From: Hyphomicrobiales bacterium
Lineage (GTDB): Bacteria; Pseudomonadota; Alphaproteobacteria; Rhizobiales; NORP267
NCBI GenBank assembly: GCA_021775855.1
Contig: JAJFGZ010000059.1
Coordinates: 1,321-65,320 of the forward strand
Direction: 5' to 3'
DNA length: 64,000 nucleotides
Shown here: positions 37,819 to 48,000 of the stretch, in pieces
Layout: every line of letters begins with the position of its first letter
How positions within the stretch are numbered: position 1 is the first letter of the stretch
Position numbers and translations under genes: made by a program
Notes under the pieces: generated by a model
What the model was told of the DNA's origin: nothing
Seen by the model: the letters and a program-made list of their open reading frames with translations, nothing else
Database searches by the model: none

Positions 37819-38835
37819 CGCCATTTTGTGGCTATCGCTTAGATCTGCGATCTCCTCGTCGGGCGCAGCTTCGATTGCACTGGCACCTGTGTCGCCTCCG
37901 GACGCGGAAATATCAGGCAGGTCTGGAGAAACATCGTCGTCGGCAATTGCAGGCATCGTAATTGAAAAATCTTCCGTGTCTGCATCGGTGGTGTCGGTAA
38001 CCGGCGCAGGGACCCCGATGTCGGCCTGTGGTGCCGGGTCGCCAGCATCCTCAAGCTTCGGATCGAAAATCTCGACTTCGTCTTCAACAGCGAACGTTTC
38101 AACATATATTTCGTCGGCCAATACACCGTCGATTTCGTCTTGGTCGGCCGCTTTTGTGTCGATCTGGGGTCCGTTGAGAAGATGGGCATCGGGGCGCGTA
38201 TCTTCAATCAATTCGCCCGGAGCTATTTTGGGCGCATACGTGTCTGACTGACCAGCCGGATTCCAGATATCGGTCATGGCTTCGATGCGCTGATCAATAA
38301 AGGCCAGGATCTTGATGATCTTCTGGGTACGCTGGCCGGTCAAGTCCTGGAATGAGCAGGCGGTGTAGATTTCGGTCGCGAGGTTGTCCAGCGCGGCGCA
38401 GGAACTTTCGTCGATCCCGTTTTCCCTGAGTGTCCAGGCGATTTCCTGAATTTGCTCGGCATGGTTCAAAATATCACCCGTCGCTTTTTCGGCGGTGGTG
38501 ACGATTGCATCAAGCTCGATCGAGGCAGTTGTAATTCTGTCGTCCCCGCCATCCTGCGCACCCATCGCAGCGATTTCCTGCTTGGTGTTAGCGATCGCGC
38601 TGGCAATGTCCATCAATTCGTTTTTTATCCGCGGTGCGTCTGTTGATTCCTCTTGCTGGACAAGCGTGCCGTGGAGTTTCTCGATGGCACCCAACAGCAT
38701 TTCGGTGTCAGCGGTGCGGTTATGCCGGGCATATTCCGTGAGGAACCATCGTCCGCGAGCCGTTTCCATAACGGCTGCCTGGATAGCCTCATAGTCTTCC
38801 GTACAGATCGGAGAAGGAGGTTCTGATTTTACCAT
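37807..38835 (-). CDS. cheZ: Alphaproteobacterial CheZ-like phosphatase
   Basis: METARGRWFL.EYA.HNR, ELDAIV..AE.AT..IL, ACSFQDLTGQR, LLNGPQ, QDEID. Confidence 0.82.
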   Translation of the reverse strand: MVKSEPPSPICTEDYEAIQAAVMETARGRWFLTEYARHNRTADTEMLLGAIEKLHGTLVQQEESTDAPRIKNELMDIASAIANTKQEIAAMGAQDGGDDRITTASIELDAIVTTAEKATGDILNHAEQIQEIAWTLRENGIDESSCAALDNLATEIYTACSFQDLTGQRTQKIIKILAFIDQRIEAMTDIWNPAGQSDTYAPKIAPGELIEDTRPDAHLLNGPQIDTKAADQDEIDGVLADEIYVETFAVEDEVEIFDPKLEDAGDPAPQADIGVPAPVTDTTDADTEDFSITMPAIADDDVSPDLPDISASGGDTGASAIEAAPDEEIADLSDSHKMALFS

Positions 38836-38902
38836 ATCGGCATTCTCGTCTAATGATCCCCTACGGGCGAATCCTTGTGCGCCTATATGACACTATCATT
38901 CG

Positions 38903-38918
38903 TTAGGCTTCCGTTAAC
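38903..38918. promoter_or_regulatory. Putative CtrA box upstream of cheZ-like gene
   Basis: TTAG-N7-TTAAC versus consensus TTAA-N7-TTAAC. Confidence 0.45.
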
Positions 38919-38920
38919 TG

Positions 38921-40117
38921 ATGCGAGAAAATTTGACCGGCCCGGGCAATGACCAGGCAGAATCAACTGGAACCTTTTTTGCCCTGCGGATGAGCCTCGT
39001 TTATGGCGGCATCTTCCTGGTGATCGGGCTTTACATTCCGTTTTTCCCGGTTTGGCTGGATTCCCGTGGATTGTCTCCACAGGAGATTTCACTGGTTTTG
39101 GCGGTATCCCTGTTTGCCAAACTCTTCACCAGCCCCATGATCGCCGCCTTTGCAGATCGGGTCGGCAATCGCCGGATGGTCATGACGGTGCTGGCAGCCG
39201 GTTCGACGCTGACCGCGATGTCGTTGTTCCTCGCCTCCGGATTTTTCACGATTCTGATAATAGTCGGGATTTTGACAATATTCTCGAACCCGCTTTTGCC
39301 GCTAACCGAATCCGTTGCGATGGGTGGGGCTAGGGCGCGTGGCGTTGATTATGGCCGGATCCGGCTTTGGGGGTCGCTGAGCTTTATCGCAGCAAACCTG
39401 ATCGGCGGATATCTGCTTGCGAGGTACGGCGTTGTGGCCGGATTGCCGCTGATTGTCGGGGCCTATCTGTTGACCTTTTTCACAACCCTTGGCTTGCCCG
39501 CGCCCGGGGGCCGGCGCGAGAATACGCTTAATTTCTCGGGTATATTTTCCGGATTTCGGATATTGGCGCGAGCGGATATCCTCGTGTTCCTGCTGCTCGC
39601 GGCCATATTGCAATCCAGTCACGCGGTCTATTATTTGTTCAGCACGCTTGCCTGGACCGCGCAGGGGATGTCGACACTGACAGTTGGTGCCCTGTGGGCC
39701 ATCGGCGTCGTTGCTGAAATCATTCTTTTCAACTGGTCGCGGCCGATTCTGACCAGGCTTGGCACCCACGGTCTGATGACAGTGTCTGCTCTTGCCGTCA
39801 TTCTGCGTTGGGCTCTGACCAGTCTGGAGCCATCGGTAACCTGGCTTTTCCCAATTCAGTTGCTGCATGGCATTACGTTTGGCGCGGCGCATTTAGCAGC
39901 GATCAATTTCATCGCAGACCGGGTCCGCCCCGACCTCGCGGCAACCGCGCAAACGGTCAATTTTGCGATCAGCGGCATATTCATGTCGCTGGTGACAATC
40001 GCAGCGGGGCCAATTTATGCTGCGTTAGGAAGTGACGCCTATCTGGTCATGAGTGGTCTTGGCGGGTTTGTACTGATTTTCCTGGTATTGCAGACTTTGA
40101 CAGGAAAAAGCTCCTAA
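38921..40117 (+). CDS. MFS transporter (HcaT/PPP family)
   Basis: 12 TM; PFFPVWL, DYGRIRLWGS, LWAIGVVAEI, QLLHGITFG. Confidence 0.88.
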   Translation: MRENLTGPGNDQAESTGTFFALRMSLVYGGIFLVIGLYIPFFPVWLDSRGLSPQEISLVLAVSLFAKLFTSPMIAAFADRVGNRRMVMTVLAAGSTLTAMSLFLASGFFTILIIVGILTIFSNPLLPLTESVAMGGARARGVDYGRIRLWGSLSFIAANLIGGYLLARYGVVAGLPLIVGAYLLTFFTTLGLPAPGGRRENTLNFSGIFSGFRILARADILVFLLLAAILQSSHAVYYLFSTLAWTAQGMSTLTVGALWAIGVVAEIILFNWSRPILTRLGTHGLMTVSALAVILRWALTSLEPSVTWLFPIQLLHGITFGAAHLAAINFIADRVRPDLAATAQTVNFAISGIFMSLVTIAAGPIYAALGSDAYLVMSGLGGFVLIFLVLQTLTGKSS

Positions 40118-41094
40118 CCCCATAAATCCGGGCCGGGCGGCTGGATCGAACTGCCGTCGAATTCCAATCCCGGGCTGCGGTCCTGCGCCAGCAGCAGCGG
40201 GCCGTCGAGATCAACGTAGTCGGCTAATCCCGCGATATACATAGCCGGAGCCATGGAAAGCGAAGTGGCGACCATGCACCCGACCATGACGGCTAACCCG
40301 CGTTGCCGCGCTTGGCTGATCATCAGCACGGCTTCGGTCAGGCCACCGGTCTTGTCGAGCTTGACGTTGATGGCGTCATATTTTCCGGAAATCGCACGCA
40401 AGCTTGCCAGCCCATGGACGCTTTCGTCGGCGCAGAGCGGGACCGTGTGAGGGAGACCGAGAAGCATTTCGTCCTGATCCGCGGGCAGGGGCTGTTCGAT
40501 CAGTTCAACCCCGGCAACGGCACAGGCCTCGATCAGGGTTGTAAAATTGTCTGGCGACCAGGATTCATTGGCGTCCACGATCAAGCGCGACCTTGGGGCG
40601 GCGGCACGCACCGCCGCAATCCGTTTCACATCGCCGTCCCCGCCAAGTTTTATCTTTAATAGCGGTCGGCTTGCTGCGCGCGCCGTTGCCGCGGCCATCA
40701 TATCCGGCGTATCCAGGCTGATCGTGTATGCGGTCAGGACCGGGCCAGGCACGGGCACTTCCAGAATATCGCTGGCGGACCGTCCGGTGGATTTTGCTTC
40801 AAGATCGATCAGCGCGCAATCGATGGCATTGCGAGCTGCGCCGGTCGGCATGGCCTGCCTCAAAGCATGCCGGTCCATACCCTTTTCGATCGATTGGGTT
40901 TGGTCGCCAATTGAGCCGATTACACCGCTAACGGTCTCCTCGTATCGGGGATAGGGTACGCATTCCCCACGACCGGTCTTTCCCATTTCGATGATTTTGA
41001 CGACGACAACACGAGCCTCGGCCTTGGTGCCGCGTGCAATGGTGAAACTGCCTGCGATTGGCCAGCTTTCGGTCGCGACTGAAATTGTGCGCAT
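40114..41094 (-). CDS. dgcA: N-acetyl-D-Glu racemase / dipeptide epimerase (enolase superfamily)
   Basis: FTIARG, GECVPYPRY, KIKLGG, DANE, IEQP, CADES, KLDKTGGLT, DLDGP. Confidence 0.82.
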   Translation of the reverse strand: MRTISVATESWPIAGSFTIARGTKAEARVVVVKIIEMGKTGRGECVPYPRYEETVSGVIGSIGDQTQSIEKGMDRHALRQAMPTGAARNAIDCALIDLEAKSTGRSASDILEVPVPGPVLTAYTISLDTPDMMAAATARAASRPLLKIKLGGDGDVKRIAAVRAAAPRSRLIVDANESWSPDNFTTLIEACAVAGVELIEQPLPADQDEMLLGLPHTVPLCADESVHGLASLRAISGKYDAINVKLDKTGGLTEAVLMISQARQRGLAVMVGCMVATSLSMAPAMYIAGLADYVDLDGPLLLAQDRSPGLEFDGSSIQPPGPDLWG

Positions 41095-41134
41095 TTGTTG
41101 ACCTGTGACCTCAAGCCAAACAAAACATTTCGGT

Positions 41135-44100
41135 TTAGTCGAAACGGCCGCTTGCATGAGCGAGCATCAAATAGACCTTGCCGGTATCCGACGTCATGTA
41201 GGTTTGGGTCAGCATGTTGTCGCGGTCCTTGTCTTCGACGTCTTTGATCATGACCTCGAATTCGTCCACGTAGCGGTCGACGGCACTGCGGAACTCATTT
41301 TCGCTGGTGTACTTGCGCCGGATGTCGTCGAAAGTGCGCTGGCCACGAATGTTATATAGACGGCGCGTGAAGACGTTTCGTTCGCCCGACTTGTAGCGGT
41401 TCCAGAGGTCCCCCGGCGCTTCGTGGTCGAGTGCCCGGGCCAGGTCCACAGAAATCGAATTCAGAGATTCCATCGTGTGCAAGCGAAATCGATCATCGCC
41501 GTTGCCCTGGTCGCGCTCGTTCGGGTGCGAATCCTTGTCTCGTTCAGAGGCGCGGGCGAGAAGTTCCTGCATCGACCAGTCGCTACCCTGCTCGCCTGGT
41601 CGTCCGGACTCTTCCGGGAGGGCTGATACAACCCGGCGGGCGGCTTCGAGGCGCGACGAGGTGTTTCCTTGCGCAGGCTGTTGCTGGCGCAGAGGCGGCC
41701 GCGGAGTTGGCTCAGCTGTTTGTATCGGTTGGGCTGGTGCGGCCCGGCTGGTGTCCAGGCCACCACCGTGGCGGGTTACGATTGTAGACAGCTCGTCCAA
41801 GGCTCGGATCTGGTCGGAGACCATGCGCCGCATGGCGTTGGCTTGCTCTTCCGTTTCCCGGGGCAATTCGATCGCGTTGCGTCGCAATTCTTCGCGGGTC
41901 GAATCCAGGTCCTGGGAAATCTGCCGGACGGCATTGTGCATTTCCCGGGTCATGTCCTCGAAACCGGCCCGGGTATCCCCGATCACCTGGGCGATTTCAT
42001 CGCGCATGGTGATATGCTGGGTACGGATGGCGGAGAGGGCGGATTCGTTTTCGGCTCCGGTTGTGGAGTTCATTCGCTCAAATTCGTCGCGGATAGTTTG
42101 CGACGATTGCGCTGCGCTGTCGCCGAGCAAAGCACCGATTTCCCGGGCGCGAGCTTCGGCGGTCGCGAGTGAATCTTCAACGATGCCGGTATAGGTCCGC
42201 ATCATCGTATCCACGTCTTCGGCCTTTTGAGACAGTGACGTTGTCAGGTTCGCAAGGGACTCGTGACGCTCCCGGAGGGCCGTATCCATTCGGCTATTGG
42301 AATCGGAAACGGCTTCAGCTGCTGCACTGAGAGCTTTGCCCTGGTCCTCGAACCGCGACGATAGTTGCGAAATATCCTTTAAAACGATCCCGGATACTTC
42401 CTGCAGGGCCAGAACCTGGGTTTCCATGCGGGCGCTGGTGCTGGCGGTCTCGTTGGTGGCGGATTCGATCGTCGTGCGGAAGGTATCGGCGCGATCGCCA
42501 AGACCCTGCTCGATCGCGGTCAGATGATCACCAGCGGATGCCAGAACGTCCTGCAAATCCTTGTTGGCACCAGAGAGCCGTGAAACAACCTCGGTAAAAT
42601 TCTTGGCGACGCCCTGGTCTGTCGTCATCATGGCTTCGACCACTTGCTCACCATGTTCAACCATTTTGCGAGTCAGCTCGGCACCGGTGGAGGTCAAATG
42701 TTGACTGATATCGCCGGTTTTTGCGGAAATATTCTGTACGATTTCTGCACCTGCTAGGGCGAGACCTTTGGAAGCTTCGCTGCCCTTCTGCTCAATTGCC
42801 CGGGCAACGGCATCGCCGGTCTTGCTGATCGTCGATATGCGGGCGCCAAGGGCTTCAGCGTGGTTGACCAGGGTCTGATCCAACTCGCCGGTTTTTGCAG
42901 TAAGCAACGCGGTCAATTCACTGCTGTTAGACGCGAGCGATGCGGTCAATTCACTGCTGTTGGACGCAAGGGATGCAGTCAATTCACCGCTCTTGGAAGC
43001 AAAGGTTTTGCTGATTTCTTCGGTCTTTGCGCTAAGAGAATTGACCAGCCCGGAACCGCCAGAATCGATCACCTGGCTCATTTCCCCGATGCGCGAAAGA
43101 AGGAGGTTGTTCATCTCACCGGCGCGGTCGGAAAGAGTAGTCCCGACCGATTCAATCTGCCGGGACATGGAGTCTTCGAGCTGGCTGGCCTGGCTCGCGA
43201 AACGATCGGCAACTTCGACCCCGCGTGTCGCCAGGGTATTGTCAATAGAGCCCAGCGATTGGGTGAGGTTGGCATTGATTTCGTTACCACGGCTATTCAG
43301 GTTGTTCAGCAATTCACCTCCCGCGCGGGCCAGGGTGTGGCTGATTTCGGTCGAGCGTTCCCCAAGCACCTCGTTGATCCGCCCGGCCTGGGCGTCAAGC
43401 CGGTTGTTCAATTCTTCAGAATGGGCGCCTAGGGTCTCGCCAACCTTGGCATTGTGCTGCACGAGCATCTCTTGTGCTTTGCCCATCGTGTTGCTCAGTG
43501 CGTTGCCAACTTCGGCGCCGGCGTTGCTAATCGTGCCAACGACTTCGGCTGAATATTGCTGCAGCTGTTGACCCATCTCGGATGTGCGGGCAATCAGGGT
43601 TTCGCTCAATTCGACGTTCCGCGTACCCATTATTTCGGCGATCGCGGTTCCAGCCTGGCTCAGATCTTCAGTCAGCTCCGCTTTGCGGGACTCGAAACTT
43701 TCAAAGATATCGGTCGTTGATTTATCCAGCGTTTCGGAAATTTCGTTTGCTTTACCGGCAAGAGATTCGACAAGGTTGGTGCCTCGCGCCAAAAGAGTTT
43801 CGGACACATTATCGCCGGTTGAAGAAATTGCGGACGTAATTTGGGCTGCGCGCAATTCCATCGTTTCGGTTAGCTGGTCACCGGCGGTGGTGATCGCAGC
43901 CGCAATGCGCTGGGTGACATTATCGATGTCTGTGTTGAACCCTTCGTGGGATGTTGAAATCTGTTCGCGCAGGGCCTGCGAATGGGTCTTGATGGTCTCG
44001 CGCTCTGAGACAAGTTCTTCGACCAGGCCCTTGATACGGATTTCGTTGTCGCCGTAGGCGCGCTCAAGGGCGGAGACTTCGCCATGGACCAGGGCTTCGA

Positions 44101-44827
44101 GCTCCCCGGCGCGTGCGAGCGCACGCTCGACACCATCACCCATCGCGGCAACTTCGCGGCGTACAGCCTGTCCGACAGAAGCGACCGCATCCTTGGCAAC
44201 GCCTTCGGGTTCAGCAAGTCGGGCGGCGACTTCGGTCATTGACTGGGCGACCAGGCGCAATCCCTGCGCACGCCGGACCAGAACGGCCAGTACAAAGAAA
44301 AACAGAATTGGGACGATGACTACCGTCGTCAGTGTCAGCAGAGCAGGCGACGCGAGGTAGTCGCGCAAACTGGATATAGCCGTCATTTCGTCGCGCAATA
44401 TCACCCAGCCATAGGTCAGACCGGAAATCAGCCAGACCGACGAGATCAAAAGAGCCGCCCAATAGGGGGTCTTGGCAGGTTGGCGCTGGAGCGAATAGAT
44501 CATGCTGCCGACCGAGGCGCGGTCGTCATTTGCCGGTCCGCTCCGGGGCAAGGGAGATTCAACATTCGCTCCGGGCTCGTCGGGTACGGAAATGGCGGCC
44601 TGGGTGACGGCTTCGCTCAGGGAGGAAGCTATCGCGGAGTCGAGATCAGTCGAATTACTGGGTAGTTCAACACCAGAATCCCTGGCGTCAGATGTCGTGC
44701 CACTGGTGTTTTCCCTTGCGTCCATCTCGGCCTGCATCTCGACCTGGACTTCGGTAATCGCCGATTCGATCTGATCTTCGGCTAATTCCGTTTCACTCTT
44801 GTCCGACTTTGGTAAATTACGCGCCAT
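41135..44827 (-). CDS. Large apolipoprotein-like coiled-coil membrane protein (growth pole ring GPR/RgsE-like)
   Basis: PANDDR, 2 TM, VGQAVRREV.AMGDGVERALARA.ELE, C-terminal SDTGKVYLMLAHASGRFD. Confidence 0.78.
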   Translation of the reverse strand: MARNLPKSDKSETELAEDQIESAITEVQVEMQAEMDARENTSGTTSDARDSGVELPSNSTDLDSAIASSLSEAVTQAAISVPDEPGANVESPLPRSGPANDDRASVGSMIYSLQRQPAKTPYWAALLISSVWLISGLTYGWVILRDEMTAISSLRDYLASPALLTLTTVVIVPILFFFVLAVLVRRAQGLRLVAQSMTEVAARLAEPEGVAKDAVASVGQAVRREVAAMGDGVERALARAGELEALVHGEVSALERAYGDNEIRIKGLVEELVSERETIKTHSQALREQISTSHEGFNTDIDNVTQRIAAAITTAGDQLTETMELRAAQITSAISSTGDNVSETLLARGTNLVESLAGKANEISETLDKSTTDIFESFESRKAELTEDLSQAGTAIAEIMGTRNVELSETLIARTSEMGQQLQQYSAEVVGTISNAGAEVGNALSNTMGKAQEMLVQHNAKVGETLGAHSEELNNRLDAQAGRINEVLGERSTEISHTLARAGGELLNNLNSRGNEINANLTQSLGSIDNTLATRGVEVADRFASQASQLEDSMSRQIESVGTTLSDRAGEMNNLLLSRIGEMSQVIDSGGSGLVNSLSAKTEEISKTFASKSGELTASLASNSSELTASLASNSSELTALLTAKTGELDQTLVNHAEALGARISTISKTGDAVARAIEQKGSEASKGLALAGAEIVQNISAKTGDISQHLTSTGAELTRKMVEHGEQVVEAMMTTDQGVAKNFTEVVSRLSGANKDLQDVLASAGDHLTAIEQGLGDRADTFRTTIESATNETASTSARMETQVLALQEVSGIVLKDISQLSSRFEDQGKALSAAAEAVSDSNSRMDTALRERHESLANLTTSLSQKAEDVDTMMRTYTGIVEDSLATAEARAREIGALLGDSAAQSSQTIRDEFERMNSTTGAENESALSAIRTQHITMRDEIAQVIGDTRAGFEDMTREMHNAVRQISQDLDSTREELRRNAIELPRETEEQANAMRRMVSDQIRALDELSTIVTRHGGGLDTSRAAPAQPIQTAEPTPRPPLRQQQPAQGNTSSRLEAARRVVSALPEESGRPGEQGSDWSMQELLARASERDKDSHPNERDQGNGDDRFRLHTMESLNSISVDLARALDHEAPGDLWNRYKSGERNVFTRRLYNIRGQRTFDDIRRKYTSENEFRSAVDRYVDEFEVMIKDVEDKDRDNMLTQTYMTSDTGKVYLMLAHASGRFD
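42909..43007. repeat. Three 33 bp tandem repeats (11 aa) inside the GPR-like gene
   Basis: GCGGTCAATTCACTGCTGTT.GACGC... units at 42909, 42942, 42975. Confidence 0.85.
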
Positions 44828-45007
44828 GCTATATTCCCACCGCTGTTTGCATGTTTGTATTCCAAAAAACCGTATTATATCAATCGATTATATGTATAAT
44901 CAAAGGTAAATTCTCCGCAATTCTCGTGTCCGCGCGTTGATCAAGATTGGGCCTGACGCCGGTGCTTGGTATCCTAGTCACGTAAATGACGCAGGAAAAC
45001 CTAATTC

Positions 45008-45079
45008 TGAACAAATCATTAACGGTAGATTGCGGCTGGAATAGGCCTGAACCGGATCAGCCTCTTAACCAGATGTTAT
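45008..45079. promoter_or_regulatory. Two putative CtrA boxes in the GPR-like/Hpt divergent region
   Basis: TGAA-N7-TTAAC (45008) and TTAA-N7-TTAT (45065). Confidence 0.45.
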
Positions 45080-45170
45080 GGCGTTTGTGCGACCCTAAAT
45101 TCGGGTGTAGTGGGACTGCAAACTGTTGCCCCGCTACGGAATGTGTTTGTTCTTTTGTTGGGGTACCAAA

Positions 45171-45566
45171 ATGGTTTCCGCGCGTACCGCATCGGCTCGG
45201 AAAGCCGGTCATTCACCTGATCCTGTCGTTCGTCCCGTGGATCTGGTTCATCTCTCCCATTATACACTTGGTGATACGGAACTTGAGCGTGAAGTGCTGC
45301 AATTGTTCCAGGCACAGTCCAGTATCTATCTGGAACGCCTGAAATCGGCCGCTAAAGCTCAAGACTGGCGTGATGCTGCACACACCATCAAGGGGTCTGC
45401 AAAGGGCATAGGCGCCTGGCGCGTGGCCGAGACCGCTGAGGTCGCTGAACTGGCCCGCTCCTGCCCAAAAGGCAAGGCTGCCGTGAAAGCGCTCAACGAG
45501 CTGGAACAATGCGTTGAAGAAACCAACTCGTTCATCTCCAGCCTACTGTCCCAGGGTTCAGTCTAG
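45171..45566 (+). CDS. Stand-alone Hpt domain protein
   Basis: VDLVHL..YTLGD..LEREVL.LF, AHTIKGSAKGIGAW. Confidence 0.9.
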   Translation: MVSARTASARKAGHSPDPVVRPVDLVHLSHYTLGDTELEREVLQLFQAQSSIYLERLKSAAKAQDWRDAAHTIKGSAKGIGAWRVAETAEVAELARSCPKGKAAVKALNELEQCVEETNSFISSLLSQGSV

Positions 45567-45583
45567 TTCCGGATTGGCTTAAT

Positions 45584-46453
45584 TCAGCCTTGCACACCGG
45601 CTTTGGCGGTGAGCAGGATGTCCGCGAATTCGGCGAAGCCGTCGCCGCCACCACCTTTGGTCACGAATGCGGGACCGGTATTTAGTCTGTCGCGGAATTC
45701 CATGATATTCGCGACCCCGATGCTGAGATCGAAAAATTCAAACATCGGGTCGTCGTTCGGAGAATCGCCGAGAAAAACGATTGTCTCATTGGCAGTATCG
45801 ATATCGATCCTGAATTCTTCGCTCAGCAGAAGCCGGGTCATGGCGAGCTTGTTGTAGTCGCCAAACCAGCCATTGACGTGGATCGAACTGACCTTGGCTT
45901 GGGCGCCATGAGCTTCAAATATCCCGACAATCCCGTCAATATCTGCGGCCGACAGTGGTGCGACATCCTCGCGGAAATCGATTGCCAGATCAGCGTCCCG
46001 ATAGGTTTGGTCGGACGCCAAAGCCGTGCCTGGGATTTTTGCTAAAATTTCGTCACGGATTTTATCGAGCTTTTGCCTGTCGGCAACGCGTTCGGCTTCG
46101 GACTTCCAGAAAGCGCGGATCAGCTTGCCCCTGTCGGTATCGTAGCGGAAATAGAGCGCGCCGTTTTCCCCGACAATCCCGTCGACTGGCCACATCCGCG
46201 CAATATGGTCACACCATCCACCCGGCCGGCCAGTTACAGGGATGACCATGAAACCGGCCCGCTTAAGATTTTCCAGCGCCGAATACGCAACCGCTGGCAG
46301 CCGGCCATCGTGCGTCAGGGTATCGTCGATGTCGGTCAAAACCACCCGCACGGATTGAAGCCGCTCCGCGCCAAGTTGATCTATCGGCTGAAAACGTGCT
46401 GGCATACCGGGTATCGTCTCCGCTATCGAATGGCCGTCACGAGACGAACCCAT
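45584..46453 (-). CDS. HAD-IIB family hydrolase (start may be ATG 46405)
   Basis: TDIDDTLT, VTGRP, GENGA, LGDSPND. Confidence 0.9.
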   Translation of the reverse strand: MGSSRDGHSIAETIPGMPARFQPIDQLGAERLQSVRVVLTDIDDTLTHDGRLPAVAYSALENLKRAGFMVIPVTGRPGGWCDHIARMWPVDGIVGENGALYFRYDTDRGKLIRAFWKSEAERVADRQKLDKIRDEILAKIPGTALASDQTYRDADLAIDFREDVAPLSAADIDGIVGIFEAHGAQAKVSSIHVNGWFGDYNKLAMTRLLLSEEFRIDIDTANETIVFLGDSPNDDPMFEFFDLSIGVANIMEFRDRLNTGPAFVTKGGGGDGFAEFADILLTAKAGVQG

Positions 46454-46589
46454 TTTTCCTGATTTTCCAAGCTAAAATTCCTTGATATCAAATTCTAGTC
46501 TCTGGACTTGGTGGGAAACGAACGATACGACAGTTCGCTTGAAAACTCGTAAGCGGGTTGCACAACTTTTCTTCGCTGGACCTGAATTA

Positions 46590-46910
46590 ATGGCAAAAAT
46601 TACATACGTACAAACCGACGGCAGCAAGCAGACGATTGATGCCGAAAATGATTCCACGGTCATGGAAACCGCGGTTAAAAACCAGGTGGCGGGGATCGAT
46701 GCCGATTGCGGCGGGGCGTGCGCCTGCGCAACCTGCCATGTCTATGTCGCGGATGAGTGGATCAAGATCACCGGCGCGCCGTCTGAAATGGAAGAGGACA
46801 TGCTTGATTTCGCCTACGACATTCGCGATTCAAGCCGACTGTCGTGCCAGCTCAAGGTGAGCGATGAACTTGATGGACTAGTTGTTCATATTCCCGAGCA
46901 ACAGGGATAG
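46590..46910 (+). CDS. 2Fe-2S ferredoxin (adrenodoxin/putidaredoxin type)
   Basis: [12 protein letters not shown] and SRLSCQ. Confidence 0.94.
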   Translation: MAKITYVQTDGSKQTIDAENDSTVMETAVKNQVAGIDADCGGACACATCHVYVADEWIKITGAPSEMEEDMLDFAYDIRDSSRLSCQLKVSDELDGLVVHIPEQQG

Positions 46911-47990
<1,080 letters not shown>

Positions 47991-48000
47991 TCCGGTCTGC

